NCBI GenBank assembly: GCA_041659605.1
Contig: JBAZXW010000012.1
Coordinates: 138 to 64,137, forward strand
Reading direction: 5' to 3'
Length of the DNA stretch: 64,000 nucleotides
DNA from: Sinimarinibacterium sp.
GTDB taxonomy: Bacteria; Pseudomonadota; Gammaproteobacteria; Nevskiales; Nevskiaceae
The notes under the pieces are model-generated. The model saw only the letters and a program-made list of their open reading frames with translations, searched no databases and was not told the DNA's origin. The translations under genes were made by a program, and so were the position numbers. Position 1 is the first letter of the stretch. Each line of letters begins with the position of its first letter. Shown piece by piece: positions 45,515-57,068 of this stretch.

Positions 45515-46477
45515 ATGGAAATCTTCCACCTCGTCAGGGGCCAGGCGCCGCAGCGAATCGACTCGCTGGGGGCGACGCCGACGGAGGGTTTCATCTGGCT
45601 GGACTTCGTCCGCGACCGGGACGCGGACTGGGAGGCGTGGCCGCGACGCCTGCTCGGCGTGGAGCTGGATCCACGGCACGTGCAGGACAGCCGCGATGCG
45701 GGGCATAAGGCGTTCTTCGACGTGGCCCCCGGCTACGACTTGTTGGTGTTCGAGGAAATCGCGCCGCAAGGCGACCAGTTTCGTCTGGAAACCCGCAGTG
45801 CCGCGCTGTTCCTGTTCGAGCGGCTGCTCGTATCGGTGCGCGCGGAAGACAATCTCAGTTTCGACGTGCTGAAGCGGAGGTTCGCCGATGGCACGACGCG
45901 CTCGCCGGGCAGCGTGCGGGTGTTGACCGAGATCCTGCTCGACGAGATGGCGGACCGGCTGCTCGCCGTCGGCGAGGACTTCAATCAGCAGCTCGAAGAG
46001 CTGCAGGCGAGCCTGCTGAATCCGAAGAGCGCGTTCAAGGACTGGGCGCAGCTGCTCGACGGACGCCGCGACGCCTACCGGATCGAATGGCTGTGCCGGA
46101 ACCAGCTCAAGGTGCTGGAGCGCTGGCACCGCAACAGCGTCTTCGAATGGAGCAATCCCGAGGAAACGCGCCTGCACGACATCGGCGAACACATCGGCCT
46201 GTTGCGCGACGCCGCGGCCGACCTCGAGCGCCACATCGAGGCGGCTGTGCAGATCTACTTTGCGTCGACGGCGTACCGCACCAACGAGATCGTGCGCACC
46301 CTGACCGTGTTCTCGGCGATCTTCCTGCCGCTGACCTTCCTCGCCGGCGTCTACGGCATGAACTTCGAGGTGATGCCGGAGCTGAGGCTGAGTTTCGGCT
46401 ACCCGCTCTTGCTCGTCGTCATGATCCTGCTGGCGATCCTGTTGCTGCGCTTTTTCCGCCGGCGCGGGTATTTCTGA
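45515..46477 (+). CDS. corA: CorA family Mg2+/Co2+ transporter
   Basis: TNEIVRTLTVFSAIFLPLTFLAGVYGMNF (GMN motif); start chosen at ATG 45515. Confidence 0.88.
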   Translation: MEIFHLVRGQAPQRIDSLGATPTEGFIWLDFVRDRDADWEAWPRRLLGVELDPRHVQDSRDAGHKAFFDVAPGYDLLVFEEIAPQGDQFRLETRSAALFLFERLLVSVRAEDNLSFDVLKRRFADGTTRSPGSVRVLTEILLDEMADRLLAVGEDFNQQLEELQASLLNPKSAFKDWAQLLDGRRDAYRIEWLCRNQLKVLERWHRNSVFEWSNPEETRLHDIGEHIGLLRDAAADLERHIEAAVQIYFASTAYRTNEIVRTLTVFSAIFLPLTFLAGVYGMNFEVMPELRLSFGYPLLLVVMILLAILLLRFFRRRGYF

Positions 46478-46495
46478 AACCGCGCCGCGCGGCGT

Positions 46496-47674
46496 CTACG
46501 CCACCTCGAACAAGCCCGCGGCGCCCATGCCGCCGCCGATGCACATCGTCGCGACGACGTACTTCACGCCGCGGCGCTTGCCTTCGATCAGCGCGTGTCC
46601 GACCAGGCGCGTGCCGGAGACGCCGTACGGATGGCCGACCGCAATCGCGCCGCCGTCGACGTTGAGGCGCTCGTCGGGGATGCCCAGCTTGTCGCGGCAG
46701 TACAGCACCTGCACGGCAAAGGCCTCGTTGAGTTCCCACAGGCCGACGTCGTCGATCTTCACACCGGTGCGTTCCAGCAGGCGCGGAATCGCGAACACCG
46801 GGCCGATGCCCATCTCGTCCGGCTCGCAGCCGGCGACCGCGAAGCCGCGGAAGATGCCCAGCGGCTTGAGCCCGCGCTTCTCGGCGAGCTTGGCGTTCAT
46901 GATCACGCAGGCGGCGCCGCCGTCGGAGAACTGGCTTGCATTGCCGGCGGCGATCACGCCGCCCGGCGTCGCCGCCTTGATCCTGGCGACAGCTTCGTAG
47001 GTCGTGCCGGCACGGATGCCCTCGTCCTTGCTGGCCGTGACTTCACGCGTGACCAGCATGCCGGTCTTCTTGTCGGCGACGCCGGTGGTGACGGTGATCG
47101 GCGCGATCTCATCTTTGAACTTGCCGGCGGCCTGCGCGGCCTCGGCGCGCTGCTGGCTGCGCGCGCCGTACTCATCCTGGCGCTCGCGCGCAATGCCGTA
47201 GCGCTTCGCGACCGTCTCGGCGGTCTGCAGCATCGGCCAGTAGACCTCCGGCTTGTGCTGCTTGAGCCAGCTGTCCATCACCATGTGCTGGTTCATCTCG
47301 TTCTGCACGCAGGAGATCGACTCGACGCCGCCGGCGACGATCACCGGCACCTGGTCGACGATCACGCGCTGCGCGGCCATCGCGATGGTCTGCAGACCGG
47401 ACGAGCAAAAGCGGTTCACCGTCACGCCCGAGGTCGTCACCGGCAGGCCGGCGCGCAGTGCGCACTGGCGCGCGATGTTGGCGCCGTTCGCGCCCTCCGG
47501 ATTGGCGCAGCCCATCAGCACGTCCTCGACCTCGGCCGGATCGACGCCGGCACGTTCGACGGCGTGCTTGACCGCGTGACCGCCCAGCGTCGCGCTGTGC
47601 GTCATGTTGAAGGACCCGCGCCAGGACTTTGCGAGCGGCGTGCGGGCAACGGAAACGATTACGGCGTCGGTCAT
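46496..47674 (-). CDS. Acetyl-CoA C-acyltransferase (thiolase), PimB-like
   Basis: [28 protein letters not shown]. Confidence 0.95.
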   Translation of the reverse strand: MTDAVIVSVARTPLAKSWRGSFNMTHSATLGGHAVKHAVERAGVDPAEVEDVLMGCANPEGANGANIARQCALRAGLPVTTSGVTVNRFCSSGLQTIAMAAQRVIVDQVPVIVAGGVESISCVQNEMNQHMVMDSWLKQHKPEVYWPMLQTAETVAKRYGIARERQDEYGARSQQRAEAAQAAGKFKDEIAPITVTTGVADKKTGMLVTREVTASKDEGIRAGTTYEAVARIKAATPGGVIAAGNASQFSDGGAACVIMNAKLAEKRGLKPLGIFRGFAVAGCEPDEMGIGPVFAIPRLLERTGVKIDDVGLWELNEAFAVQVLYCRDKLGIPDERLNVDGGAIAVGHPYGVSGTRLVGHALIEGKRRGVKYVVATMCIGGGMGAAGLFEVA

Positions 47675-47693
47675 GTTCGGGTTCCTCGTCTGT

Positions 47694-47766
47694 CGTCATT
47701 CCCGCGCAAGCGGGAATCCAGCGCCGTGTTCGCGGCTCATGGATGCCCGCCTCCGCGGGCATGACG
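47694..47766. repeat. Palindromic intergenic repeat, family C, with ATTCCC-N8-GGGAAT core
   Basis: CGTCATTCCCGCGCAAGCGGGAATCCA...TGGATGCCCGCCTCCGCGGGCATGACG. Confidence 0.75.
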
Positions 47767-47778
47767 TGAATTGCGTGA

Positions 47779-49884
47779 TCAGTTGAACGTCTTTCCTTCC
47801 GCAGCCAGCTTCGCCAGCAGCGCTGCGGGCTCCCAGAACTTCGCGTCCGCGCCCGGCTGCGCCGCAAACTCGCGCATGCGCCGCGCGACACCGTAGAGGC
47901 CGACGCTGTCGGCGTAGAGCATGGGTCCGCCGCGGTGCAGCGGGAAGCCGTAGCCGTTGAGGTAGACCATGTCGATGTCGGAGGCGCGCAGCGCAATGCC
48001 TTCCTCGAGAATGCGTGTACCTTCGTTGACCAGCGCGTACACCAGGCGCTCGACGATCTCGGCGTCGTCGATTTTGCGCGGCGTGATGCCGGCCTCCTTG
48101 CGATAGCCGGTGATCAGCGCCTCGACTTCGGCGTCCGGATACGCCGTGCGATCACCCGGCTTGTACGCATACCAGCCCTTGCCGGTCTTTTGCCCGTAGC
48201 GCCCGGCTTCGCACAGACGGTCGGCGACGACGGCCCTGGACAGGTCCGGGTGCTCGGCGTAGTGGCGCTTGCGCACGTACCAGCCGACGTCGTTGCCGGC
48301 GAGGTCGGACATGCGGAACGGGCCCATCGCGAAGCCGAACTTCTCGACCGCCCTGTCGACCTGCTGCGGCAGCGCGCCTTCATCGAGCAGGCGCAGCGCC
48401 ACGACGCTGTACTTGTTGATCATGCGGTTGCCGATGAAGCCGTCGCAGACGCCGGCAACGACCGGCAGCTTCCTGATCGTCTTCGCCAGCTTCATCACCG
48501 TCGCCAGCACGTCCTTCGCGGTCTTTTCGCCGCGCACGACTTCGAGCAGGCGCATGACGTTCGCCGGCGAGAAGAAGTGGGTGCCGACGACGTCCTGCGG
48601 GCGCTTGGTGAACGCGGCGATCCGGTTCACGTCCAGCGTCGAGGTGTTGGTCGCCAGGATCGCGCCCGGCTTCATCACCGTGTCGAGCGTCTCGAACACG
48701 GTCTTCTTCACCGCCATGTCCTCGAACACCGCCTCGATGACGATGTCGGCGTCCTTGATCTCGGCGTATTCGAGCGTCGGCTGGATCAGTGCCATGCGCG
48801 CTTCGAGCTTGTCCTGCGTGAGCTTGCCCTTCTTCAGCGCGCTCTCGTAGTTCTTGCGGATCACGCCCAGGCCGCGTTCCAGCGCCTCGGCCTTCATTTC
48901 CAGCACCTTCACCGGGATGCCTGCGTTGGCGAAGTTCATCGCGATGCCGCCGCCCATCGTGCCGGCGCCGATCACGGCGGCGGACTTGATCGCCCGCACC
49001 GGCGTGTCCTCGGGCACATCCGGGATCTTGGTGCAGGCGCGCTCGCCGAAGAAGGCATGGCGCAGCGCCTTCGACTCCGGCGTGCCGAGCAGGAATGCAA
49101 AGCCATCACGCTCGGCGGCCAGACCCTCGTCGAAGGTCTTGCTGGTCACCGCCGCGGCGACCGCGTCGATGCACTTGATCGGCGCCGGGAACGAGCCCAC
49201 CATGCCACGCGCCGTGTTGCGCGCGAACTGGAAGTAGGCCTCAGCTTCCGGATGCGTGCATTTCATGTCGCGCACGCGCTTGAGGGGGCGCTGCTCGGCG
49301 ACGACTTTCGCGGCGAACGCGAGTGCGCCGGCTTGAAGAGTTCCGGTGACGATCTCGTCGAAGAGCGCGGTCTGCGCGAGCTGCTGCGCCGGCACCGTGT
49401 TGCCGGACACGATCATGTTCAGCGCGACTTCGACGCCGACCACGCGCGGCAGGCGCTGCGTGCCGCCGCCACCGGGCAGCAGGCCAAGCTTGACCTCCGG
49501 CAGTGCGATCTGCGCATCGGCGAGCGCGACGCGGAAGTGACAGCCCAGCGCCAGCTCGAGGCCGCCGCCCATGCAGGTGCCGGAGATCGCGGCGATCACC
49601 GGCTTGGTGCTGCGCTCGATCGCATTGATCACCGTGTGCAGGTTCGGCTCGGCGAGCATCTTCGGCGAGTTGAACTCGCGGATGTCGGCGCCGCCGCTGA
49701 AGGCTTTGTCGGTGCCGGTCAGCACGATCGCCCGGATCGCCGCATCGGCGTTGGCGCGGTCGAGCCCGGCGAGGATGCCGCTGCGCAGGTCCAGACCCAG
49801 GCCGTTGACTGGCGGGTTGTTCATCGCGATCACAGCCGTGTGGCCGTGCACCACATAGGTGGTGACACCGGTGCTGACGCTCAT
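47779..49884 (-). CDS. Enoyl-CoA hydratase/3-hydroxyacyl-CoA dehydrogenase, PimF-like
   Basis: [21 protein letters not shown]; GAGTMG, EAVFE, HFFSPA, GFIGNR. Confidence 0.93.
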   Translation of the reverse strand: MSVSTGVTTYVVHGHTAVIAMNNPPVNGLGLDLRSGILAGLDRANADAAIRAIVLTGTDKAFSGGADIREFNSPKMLAEPNLHTVINAIERSTKPVIAAISGTCMGGGLELALGCHFRVALADAQIALPEVKLGLLPGGGGTQRLPRVVGVEVALNMIVSGNTVPAQQLAQTALFDEIVTGTLQAGALAFAAKVVAEQRPLKRVRDMKCTHPEAEAYFQFARNTARGMVGSFPAPIKCIDAVAAAVTSKTFDEGLAAERDGFAFLLGTPESKALRHAFFGERACTKIPDVPEDTPVRAIKSAAVIGAGTMGGGIAMNFANAGIPVKVLEMKAEALERGLGVIRKNYESALKKGKLTQDKLEARMALIQPTLEYAEIKDADIVIEAVFEDMAVKKTVFETLDTVMKPGAILATNTSTLDVNRIAAFTKRPQDVVGTHFFSPANVMRLLEVVRGEKTAKDVLATVMKLAKTIRKLPVVAGVCDGFIGNRMINKYSVVALRLLDEGALPQQVDRAVEKFGFAMGPFRMSDLAGNDVGWYVRKRHYAEHPDLSRAVVADRLCEAGRYGQKTGKGWYAYKPGDRTAYPDAEVEALITGYRKEAGITPRKIDDAEIVERLVYALVNEGTRILEEGIALRASDIDMVYLNGYGFPLHRGGPMLYADSVGLYGVARRMREFAAQPGADAKFWEPAALLAKLAAEGKTFN

Positions 49885-50112
49885 GGGCGCTCCCTCGGGT
49901 TTGAACGAAAGTGCCGCAGCCTAGGCCCGCGGCGAAGGTGCGGACAAATGAAATCGCCGAATCACCAGCTATCAATGCAGCGCATGATCGCAGGCCGGCC
50001 AGCATGAGAACCGCTTATGCACGGCAATGCGGCGGTTTCATTTGTCCGCCCCGGCGGCGCCGCCTAAGCTGCCGGGCGAGTTTCGTTTCAAGTCTTCGTC
50101 ACGGAGTGCGGG

Positions 50113-51324
<1,212 letters not shown>

Positions 51325-51340
51325 TGTGCAGAGTTCGACG

Positions 51341-52477
51341 ATGAATTTCAACTTCAGCGAAGAGCAGCAGCAATTCCGCGACAGCCTCGAGCGCTACATC
51401 CGAGAGGCCTATGACTTCGAGTCGCGCCGCAAGATCCTCAAATCAGAGGCCGGCTACAGTCGCGAAGTCTGGCAACAGCTCGCCGAAATGGGCGCGCTCG
51501 CGATCACGCTGCCGGAAGCGCACGGCGGCTTCGGCGGCAATGCCTTCGACACCGTGCTGGTGATGGAAGCGCTCGGCCGTGGCCTCGTCGTCGAACCGTA
51601 CCTGTCGACGGTCGTGCTCGGCGCCGGGCTGGTCAGCGACGCCGGCAGCGACACGCAGAAGGCGGACGTCCTCAACGCCGTCGCCACCGGCGAGCGCCTG
51701 CTCGCGCTCGCCCACGGCGAGCCCGGCAGCCGCTACGCACTGTCGCAGGTCGCGACGACGGCAAAGAAGGATGGCGGCAACTGGGTGCTCAACGGCAGCA
51801 AGGCCGTCGTCCTGCACGGTGATACCGCCGACCAGCTGATCGTGTCGGTACGCAGCGCCGGTGGCGCGCGCGACGCGCAGGGCATCTCGCTGTTCCTGGT
51901 CGACGCGAACGCCGCCGGCGTGACGCGCCACGCCTATCCGACGCAGGACGGCGGCCGCGCCGCCGACATCGCGCTGGCCAACGTACGCGTCCCCGACAGC
52001 GCCCGACTCGGCGCCGAGGGCGCCGCGCTGCCGCTGCTCGAACACGCGATCGACCGTGCCATCGCCGCGCTGTGCGCCGAAGCCGTCGGCGCGATGTCGG
52101 CGACGATCGAGCAGACCGTCAACTACCTGAAGACGCGCAAGCAGTTCGGCGTGCCGATCGGCACCTTCCAGGCGCTGCAGCACCGCGCCGTCGAGATGTA
52201 CCTGCACGCCGAGCAGGCGCGTTCGATGAGCTGGCTCGCCGCCGCCAAGCTCGACGCCCCGCGCGACGAACGCCGCCACGCCGTGTCCGCTGCGAAAGTG
52301 CTGGTCGCGCAGAGCGCCCGCTACGTCGGCCAGCAGGCCGTGCAGCTGCACGGCGGCATCGGCGTCACCGACGAGCTGGCCGTGAGCCACTACTTCAAGC
52401 GCCTGACCATGATCTCGCTGCTGTTCGGCGACATCGACCACCACCTAGCGCTGTTCGGTGAGCAGATGGCCGCGTAA
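51341..52477 (+). CDS. Acyl-CoA dehydrogenase, PimD-like small subunit
   Basis: RKQFGVPIGTFQALQHR, VQLHGGIGVTDE; lacks the catalytic Glu motif, as expected for a beta subunit. Confidence 0.9.
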   Translation: MNFNFSEEQQQFRDSLERYIREAYDFESRRKILKSEAGYSREVWQQLAEMGALAITLPEAHGGFGGNAFDTVLVMEALGRGLVVEPYLSTVVLGAGLVSDAGSDTQKADVLNAVATGERLLALAHGEPGSRYALSQVATTAKKDGGNWVLNGSKAVVLHGDTADQLIVSVRSAGGARDAQGISLFLVDANAAGVTRHAYPTQDGGRAADIALANVRVPDSARLGAEGAALPLLEHAIDRAIAALCAEAVGAMSATIEQTVNYLKTRKQFGVPIGTFQALQHRAVEMYLHAEQARSMSWLAAAKLDAPRDERRHAVSAAKVLVAQSARYVGQQAVQLHGGIGVTDELAVSHYFKRLTMISLLFGDIDHHLALFGEQMAA

Positions 52478-52481
52478 CTGC

Positions 52482-52512
52482 GTAGGTTAGGCTGAGCGCA
52501 GCGAAGCCCAAC
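52482..52512. repeat. REP-like palindrome, family A (copy 2)
   Basis: GTAGGTTAGGCTGAGCGCAGCGAAGCCCAAC. Confidence 0.75.
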
Positions 52513-52521
52513 GTCTGTGTC

Positions 52522-52914
52522 ATGACCCGCAAGCCCACGCCTCGACGCCATCGCGATCCGGAGCTCGCCGACATGGAGCGATTCTCACCGCTCCTCGACG
52601 ACGAGCCGACGCTGTCGTCGAGCGGCACCTTCACGGTGGAGGCGACGGTCTGGCGTTACACCGGAGCGGGTGGATGGCACTTCGCAAATCTGCCCGAGGC
52701 CTTGTCGGCCGAGATCCGCGCGAAGTACGCGAAGTCACCGCGGGGCTGGGGGTCGATTCCGGTGCAGATCCGGATCGGCGAAACCGAGTGGGACACGTCG
52801 CTGTTCCTCGCGCGCAAGACTCGATCCTATCTGTTCGCCATCAAGGCCAGTGTCCGCAAGGACGAGGGCATCGTCGACGGCAGCCGGATCACGGCTTACG
52901 TACGTATCCGGTAG
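52522..52914 (+). CDS. DUF1905 domain protein
   Basis: GGWHFANLP, RGWGSIPV, WDTSLF, YLFAIKASVRK; true start may be 52573. Confidence 0.8.
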   Translation: MTRKPTPRRHRDPELADMERFSPLLDDEPTLSSSGTFTVEATVWRYTGAGGWHFANLPEALSAEIRAKYAKSPRGWGSIPVQIRIGETEWDTSLFLARKTRSYLFAIKASVRKDEGIVDGSRITAYVRIR

Positions 52915-52938
52915 CGCGACGAACTTCGGGTAACCACT

Positions 52939-54036
52939 TCAATCGCCGCGGCCATCCAGGTCGGGCCACGGCAAGTCCTCCCATCGACCTGCGACGACAT
53001 CGGCATCGATGTCGCCAGCGAGTTTCCAGGCGTCTTGGCGTTCCCAGGCCGAGGCCGCGTACCAGTAGTGCTCGATGCCGGATTCGCCCCGCTGGCATGG
53101 GTCGGTATTGCCCATGCAGCGATAGCTGCGGTACCAGCGCGCCTGCTCGGTGCAGTCAAATCCGGCCCGGCAGGCCGAGAGCAGCCAGGCCAGACCCGCA
53201 ACGCTGGGCTGATCGATCAGCGCGCCGGTGGCATCGGCGAACAACAGCCACCGTGCATAGGCGCGACCGCCGGCCAGCGCTCGCTCCAACTGCGCGCGGC
53301 GCGCACCGGCGTCGAGCGGCCCAGGCCGCAGCGCCTGCTCCGCGAGGGCCGGCGCGTAACCGGCCCGCACGGCGCGCTCGAACCAGACCGAACCGACTTC
53401 GGTGTCCGCTCCCGGCCGATCCTCTCCCAAAGCGTCGGCAAGCGCGCTCCAGTCGCGCTGGGCGAAGCCGGAGCAGCGGCGCGAGACAACGTTCCACTCG
53501 TCGCGCTCCTCAGGCGAGAGCGAGGCGAGGTCGTTCTCCATCTGCGCGTCGAGGCGCGCGGCGCCCAGGGTGTCCAGAGCGAGGTAGCTGCGACACTCCT
53601 CGATCACCAAGTAGACGAAATAGGCGCTGGCGCCGTCGCCCTGCTGGGCTGCAGGCAGGCGGGCCAGCGCGAAGGCCAGCGCATCGGCGGCGCGCTCGTA
53701 GTCGCGGTGAACCGGGTCCTCGTAGGCCGGGGCGCGACGGCCCTGAGCGACGACATCGAGATCGGGATCGTCGCGGTCGGATTGGACGACCGCGAGGGCC
53801 GGCGCCTGCGGGTCGGGCAGCAGGCGCGGACGAAACGGCTCGACGGCGGCATGAGCCCGTGGCGCGGCCATCGCGCCGGCAGCTTGGGGCGCTGCCGGCA
53901 GCCAGCGCGCTTCGAGCACGACCAGGCCGGCGAACATGACCAGCAACCACGCCTGTATCCGGACGGAGAACAACGACGCACCTCCCGCAAAGGCCTGGCC
54001 CGATCTTAGTCTCGGGGCAGCCTCGTTCGAGCGCAC
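52939..54036 (-). CDS. Hypothetical membrane-anchored/secreted helical Cys-containing protein
   Basis: N-terminal hydrophobic segment, Sel1-like WFERAVRAGYAPA, paired cysteines; start uncertain (53937 possible). Confidence 0.6.
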   Translation of the reverse strand: MRSNEAAPRLRSGQAFAGGASLFSVRIQAWLLVMFAGLVVLEARWLPAAPQAAGAMAAPRAHAAVEPFRPRLLPDPQAPALAVVQSDRDDPDLDVVAQGRRAPAYEDPVHRDYERAADALAFALARLPAAQQGDGASAYFVYLVIEECRSYLALDTLGAARLDAQMENDLASLSPEERDEWNVVSRRCSGFAQRDWSALADALGEDRPGADTEVGSVWFERAVRAGYAPALAEQALRPGPLDAGARRAQLERALAGGRAYARWLLFADATGALIDQPSVAGLAWLLSACRAGFDCTEQARWYRSYRCMGNTDPCQRGESGIEHYWYAASAWERQDAWKLAGDIDADVVAGRWEDLPWPDLDGRGD

Positions 54037-54098
54037 GTTTATTCAACAGTAAATGCCCATGCGCGCACTAAGCTCCTCCTGATCCCGGAGAAAAAGCC

Positions 54099-54521
54099 AT
54101 GGCACTTGCAGAACCCGCACTACCGCTTCCTGATCTCTTCGCGCGCTATCACGTCGGCTGGGAAACCAAAAACCCGAATCTGATCGCGTCGCTCCATTCG
54201 AACGACACGATCTTCCATCTTCATGACGGTTCCGCTGCGGTCCATGGCCGCGACGCGTTGCGGCAGAATTGCATCGACCTGTTCGCGCGCTTCGATTTCA
54301 CGCACGAGGTGGGCCGCAGACTCTATGGCGATGATCACTGGGTCGTCGAATGGACGATGGTTCTGGCGCTCAAGGAACCGGGGGGCGCGCCGTTCACGGC
54401 CAGGGTCGAAATGCTCGATGTGGTGACAGTCAGTCCCCGCGGCGAGGTCACGCGCAAGGACGTCTACATGAATGGCGCCCAGGCGCAGGCCGCGTTCGCC
54501 CGAGCCGGGATCCAGCGTTAG
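54099..54521 (+). CDS. NTF2/SnoaL-like protein
   Basis: LHSNDTIFH, VHGRDALR, WVVEWTM, GEVTRKDVY. Confidence 0.8.
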   Translation: MALAEPALPLPDLFARYHVGWETKNPNLIASLHSNDTIFHLHDGSAAVHGRDALRQNCIDLFARFDFTHEVGRRLYGDDHWVVEWTMVLALKEPGGAPFTARVEMLDVVTVSPRGEVTRKDVYMNGAQAQAAFARAGIQR

Positions 54522-54622
54522 CGGATGGACTGGCGCTCGCCGCCATGTTGAGCGGCACTTCAGTCGATCCCGTCGGGCGCAGGCGTGCTACCGGTGGTTT
54601 GCTGCAAACGATCGGTTTGCCG

Positions 54623-55330
54623 ATGATGGCGATCATGCCGGCTCCCGTATCTCCCTTCACCAACACGATACTGCCCATCAAGGTCAGACGCCTCGCGGCG
54701 CATCCGAACGTTGTCATGGCCGTGCTGGCCGGACGGACGGGCCCGATCATCGTCGAGCAAGATGGGGTGTGCGTGACCGGCGATGTCGTGCTGGTCCGGC
54801 CGGGAGTCGTACACGGCGTCCTGTGCGGGGAACGTGGCGCGGACGTCCTCTACCTCAACGGGCTGACATTTCCCTTCGAGGCACCGTTGGCAGTGCCGCT
54901 CAAGGGCATCCTTGAACAGCTGGCCCACCGATCATTGGGTTGCGATCCGGGCGCATCAGAGGAATTGCGGGCAAGGCTGGCGTTCGCGACCGGTCCGCTT
55001 CCGACGAAGATTGCCGACATCGTAAGGGCCACGCAGGCCGATCCCATGCGGCGCGTGACGCAGAACGAGCTGGCGCGATATCTCGACATGGAGCGGACGC
55101 GGGCGCTGCGCTGTTTCAAGGCGGCGACGGGGCTGACATTTCGCCAGTTCAAGCGGTGGTCCGGCCTGCAGCATGCCGCGCAACAAATGGCTCGGCGCAC
55201 GCTCGTGCGGACAGCGGCGATGGATGCCGGTTTCGCAGATACCGCACATCTTTCGCGCGTGTTCAGGAGCACATTCGGGGTTTCGCCCGGCATGGCGATT
55301 GCCGAGCTGGACCATCTGGAAAGTGAGTAG
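54623..55330 (+). CDS. AraC family transcriptional regulator
   Basis: Cupin-like VLVRPGVVH; HTH AAMDAGFADTAHLSRVFRSTFG; start uncertain. Confidence 0.82.
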   Translation: MMAIMPAPVSPFTNTILPIKVRRLAAHPNVVMAVLAGRTGPIIVEQDGVCVTGDVVLVRPGVVHGVLCGERGADVLYLNGLTFPFEAPLAVPLKGILEQLAHRSLGCDPGASEELRARLAFATGPLPTKIADIVRATQADPMRRVTQNELARYLDMERTRALRCFKAATGLTFRQFKRWSGLQHAAQQMARRTLVRTAAMDAGFADTAHLSRVFRSTFGVSPGMAIAELDHLESE

Positions 55331-55385
55331 CGGGATTCGACCCGGCGCGGACATTCCGAGCAGCAGAGATTGGGCGCGCTCCGTA

Positions 55386-56720
55386 TCAGGACTTCACGGA
55401 GGACAGCTGCCATTGGCCGGGGATGCCCTTGAGCTCACGTGATCCGCGATCCTCGAAGGCAATGCCCGATCCGGCAACGAGATCCTTGACGATGCTGGAA
55501 ACGAATATTTCATTCGGCTGCGCCTGCGCGGCGATACGCGCCGCGATGTGCACAGTGATTCCGCCGAGCTTCGTATCGATGACCTGGCATTCCCCGGTAT
55601 GGGCGCCTGCGCGAACGTCGACACCCAGCTTGCGTGCGCCATCCCGAATCGCCTCGGTACAGCGGATCGCGCGCGCGGGTCCGTCGAACGCGGCGAACAG
55701 CCCGTCTCCCGCCGTGTCCAGTTCGCGTCCGCGAAATCGCTGCAACTCAGATCGGGCCAGCGCGTAAAAGCGCTCGAGAACCTCGCGCCAACGAGAATCA
55801 CCGAACTCTGCGGCCAGCGCCGTCGATCCTGCGATGTCGGCAAACAGAATCGTCGCCAGGACCCGATCGGACGCGTGACCGTGCAGCTCGCCCGTCAGGA
55901 ACATCTCGATCGCATCAAGCTCCGCTTCGGGAGCAATCCAGAAGAAATGATCGGGGCTCGAAAACTGGACCAGCTTTGCACCCCGGATGTTCTGCGCAAG
56001 GTGGCGGCCGCCCTGTATGGGCAAAATCCGGTCCCGGTCACGGTGAAGGACAAGCGTTGGAACAGTGATTGCCGGCAACACGGCCCGCACGTCGATCTCG
56101 TAGACCATTCGCATGAGCGCCACCGCTGCTCCTGGGCTAGAGGCGCGCCGTTGAAAGCGTGCCCAGCGCTCGCGCGCACTTGCGTCATTTGCCTGTGATG
56201 GCGCGAACGCACCCAGAAGGACCCCGGTTCCCCAGCCGCTTTCCATGCGATCGAGGAGCGCTTGCTTCTGCTCAGACGTGCCACCCCAAGGGTAGTCTTC
56301 CGACCAGGCCCCGCGAGCAAACGTGTTGACCAGCACCAGCGCCGAGGTGCGTTCCGGATAGGTCGCCGCAAACAGCAGGCACATCGGGCCACCCTCGGAG
56401 GCGCCGATCAGCGTGGCGCGCCGCGAGCCGGCCGCATCCATCACGGCGCGCACGTCGTCCATGCGTTCCTCCAGCGTCGGCAGGTCCTGAGCGGGCACAG
56501 CATCGGACATGCCCGTTCCGCGCTTGTCGAAGATGATCAGTCGCGCGAACGATGCAAGGCGTCTGAAATACCGGTTCATCTGCGGGTCTTCCCACGCGTA
56601 TTCCACATGGGAAACAAACCCTGGCACGAACACGACGTCGACGGGCCCAGCCCCGGTCACCTGGTAGGCGATGTTGTAGCGCCCGCTTTTTGCGTAGCGC
56701 GTTTCCGGGTGCGACAACAT
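55386..56720 (-). CDS. Alpha/beta hydrolase fused to a class III nucleotide cyclase (LipJ-like)
   Basis: FDKRGTGMSD, GASEGG, DHF; TILFADIAGST, DTAGDG, GAHTGE, VHIAARI. Confidence 0.92.
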   Translation of the reverse strand: MLSHPETRYAKSGRYNIAYQVTGAGPVDVVFVPGFVSHVEYAWEDPQMNRYFRRLASFARLIIFDKRGTGMSDAVPAQDLPTLEERMDDVRAVMDAAGSRRATLIGASEGGPMCLLFAATYPERTSALVLVNTFARGAWSEDYPWGGTSEQKQALLDRMESGWGTGVLLGAFAPSQANDASARERWARFQRRASSPGAAVALMRMVYEIDVRAVLPAITVPTLVLHRDRDRILPIQGGRHLAQNIRGAKLVQFSSPDHFFWIAPEAELDAIEMFLTGELHGHASDRVLATILFADIAGSTALAAEFGDSRWREVLERFYALARSELQRFRGRELDTAGDGLFAAFDGPARAIRCTEAIRDGARKLGVDVRAGAHTGECQVIDTKLGGITVHIAARIAAQAQPNEIFVSSIVKDLVAGSGIAFEDRGSRELKGIPGQWQLSSVKS

Positions 56721-57068
56721 AACGTCAGTCCTCAGCCAATATTTGGCGCAGCGTCACGGGCGATCGTGATGCGCGATCAACAGTCATCCGCACCATTGCA
56801 TATTTGCGGGCCTGACGCTCCGAAAATAGCGTATCGACCTGAGTACCTGATGATCGACCGATGTCCGCTCCTGGCCGGGCAGAGACCGTCATCGACCCTG
56901 AGGCGACATTCGCTCAACTCCAAAGCAGCCAGTCGAACGGGGCGAAAGCGGCCAATGGCACGGCCGGTGGTACTTTTTTGACCGCGATGCGCTGTCGACC
57001 CCATCTTCTCGTGCTCGGTGCGGTAGATGACAGATGCAAGCCCACGCCTGCCTCCACAATAGGAGGTC

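Noticed and set aside
47935-50007. 690-aa plus-strand ORF
   Set aside because: Antisense to the PimF-like gene
56855-56910. Hairpin as an integron attC site
   Set aside because: No RYYYAAC/GTTRRRY core sites and no intI in the window
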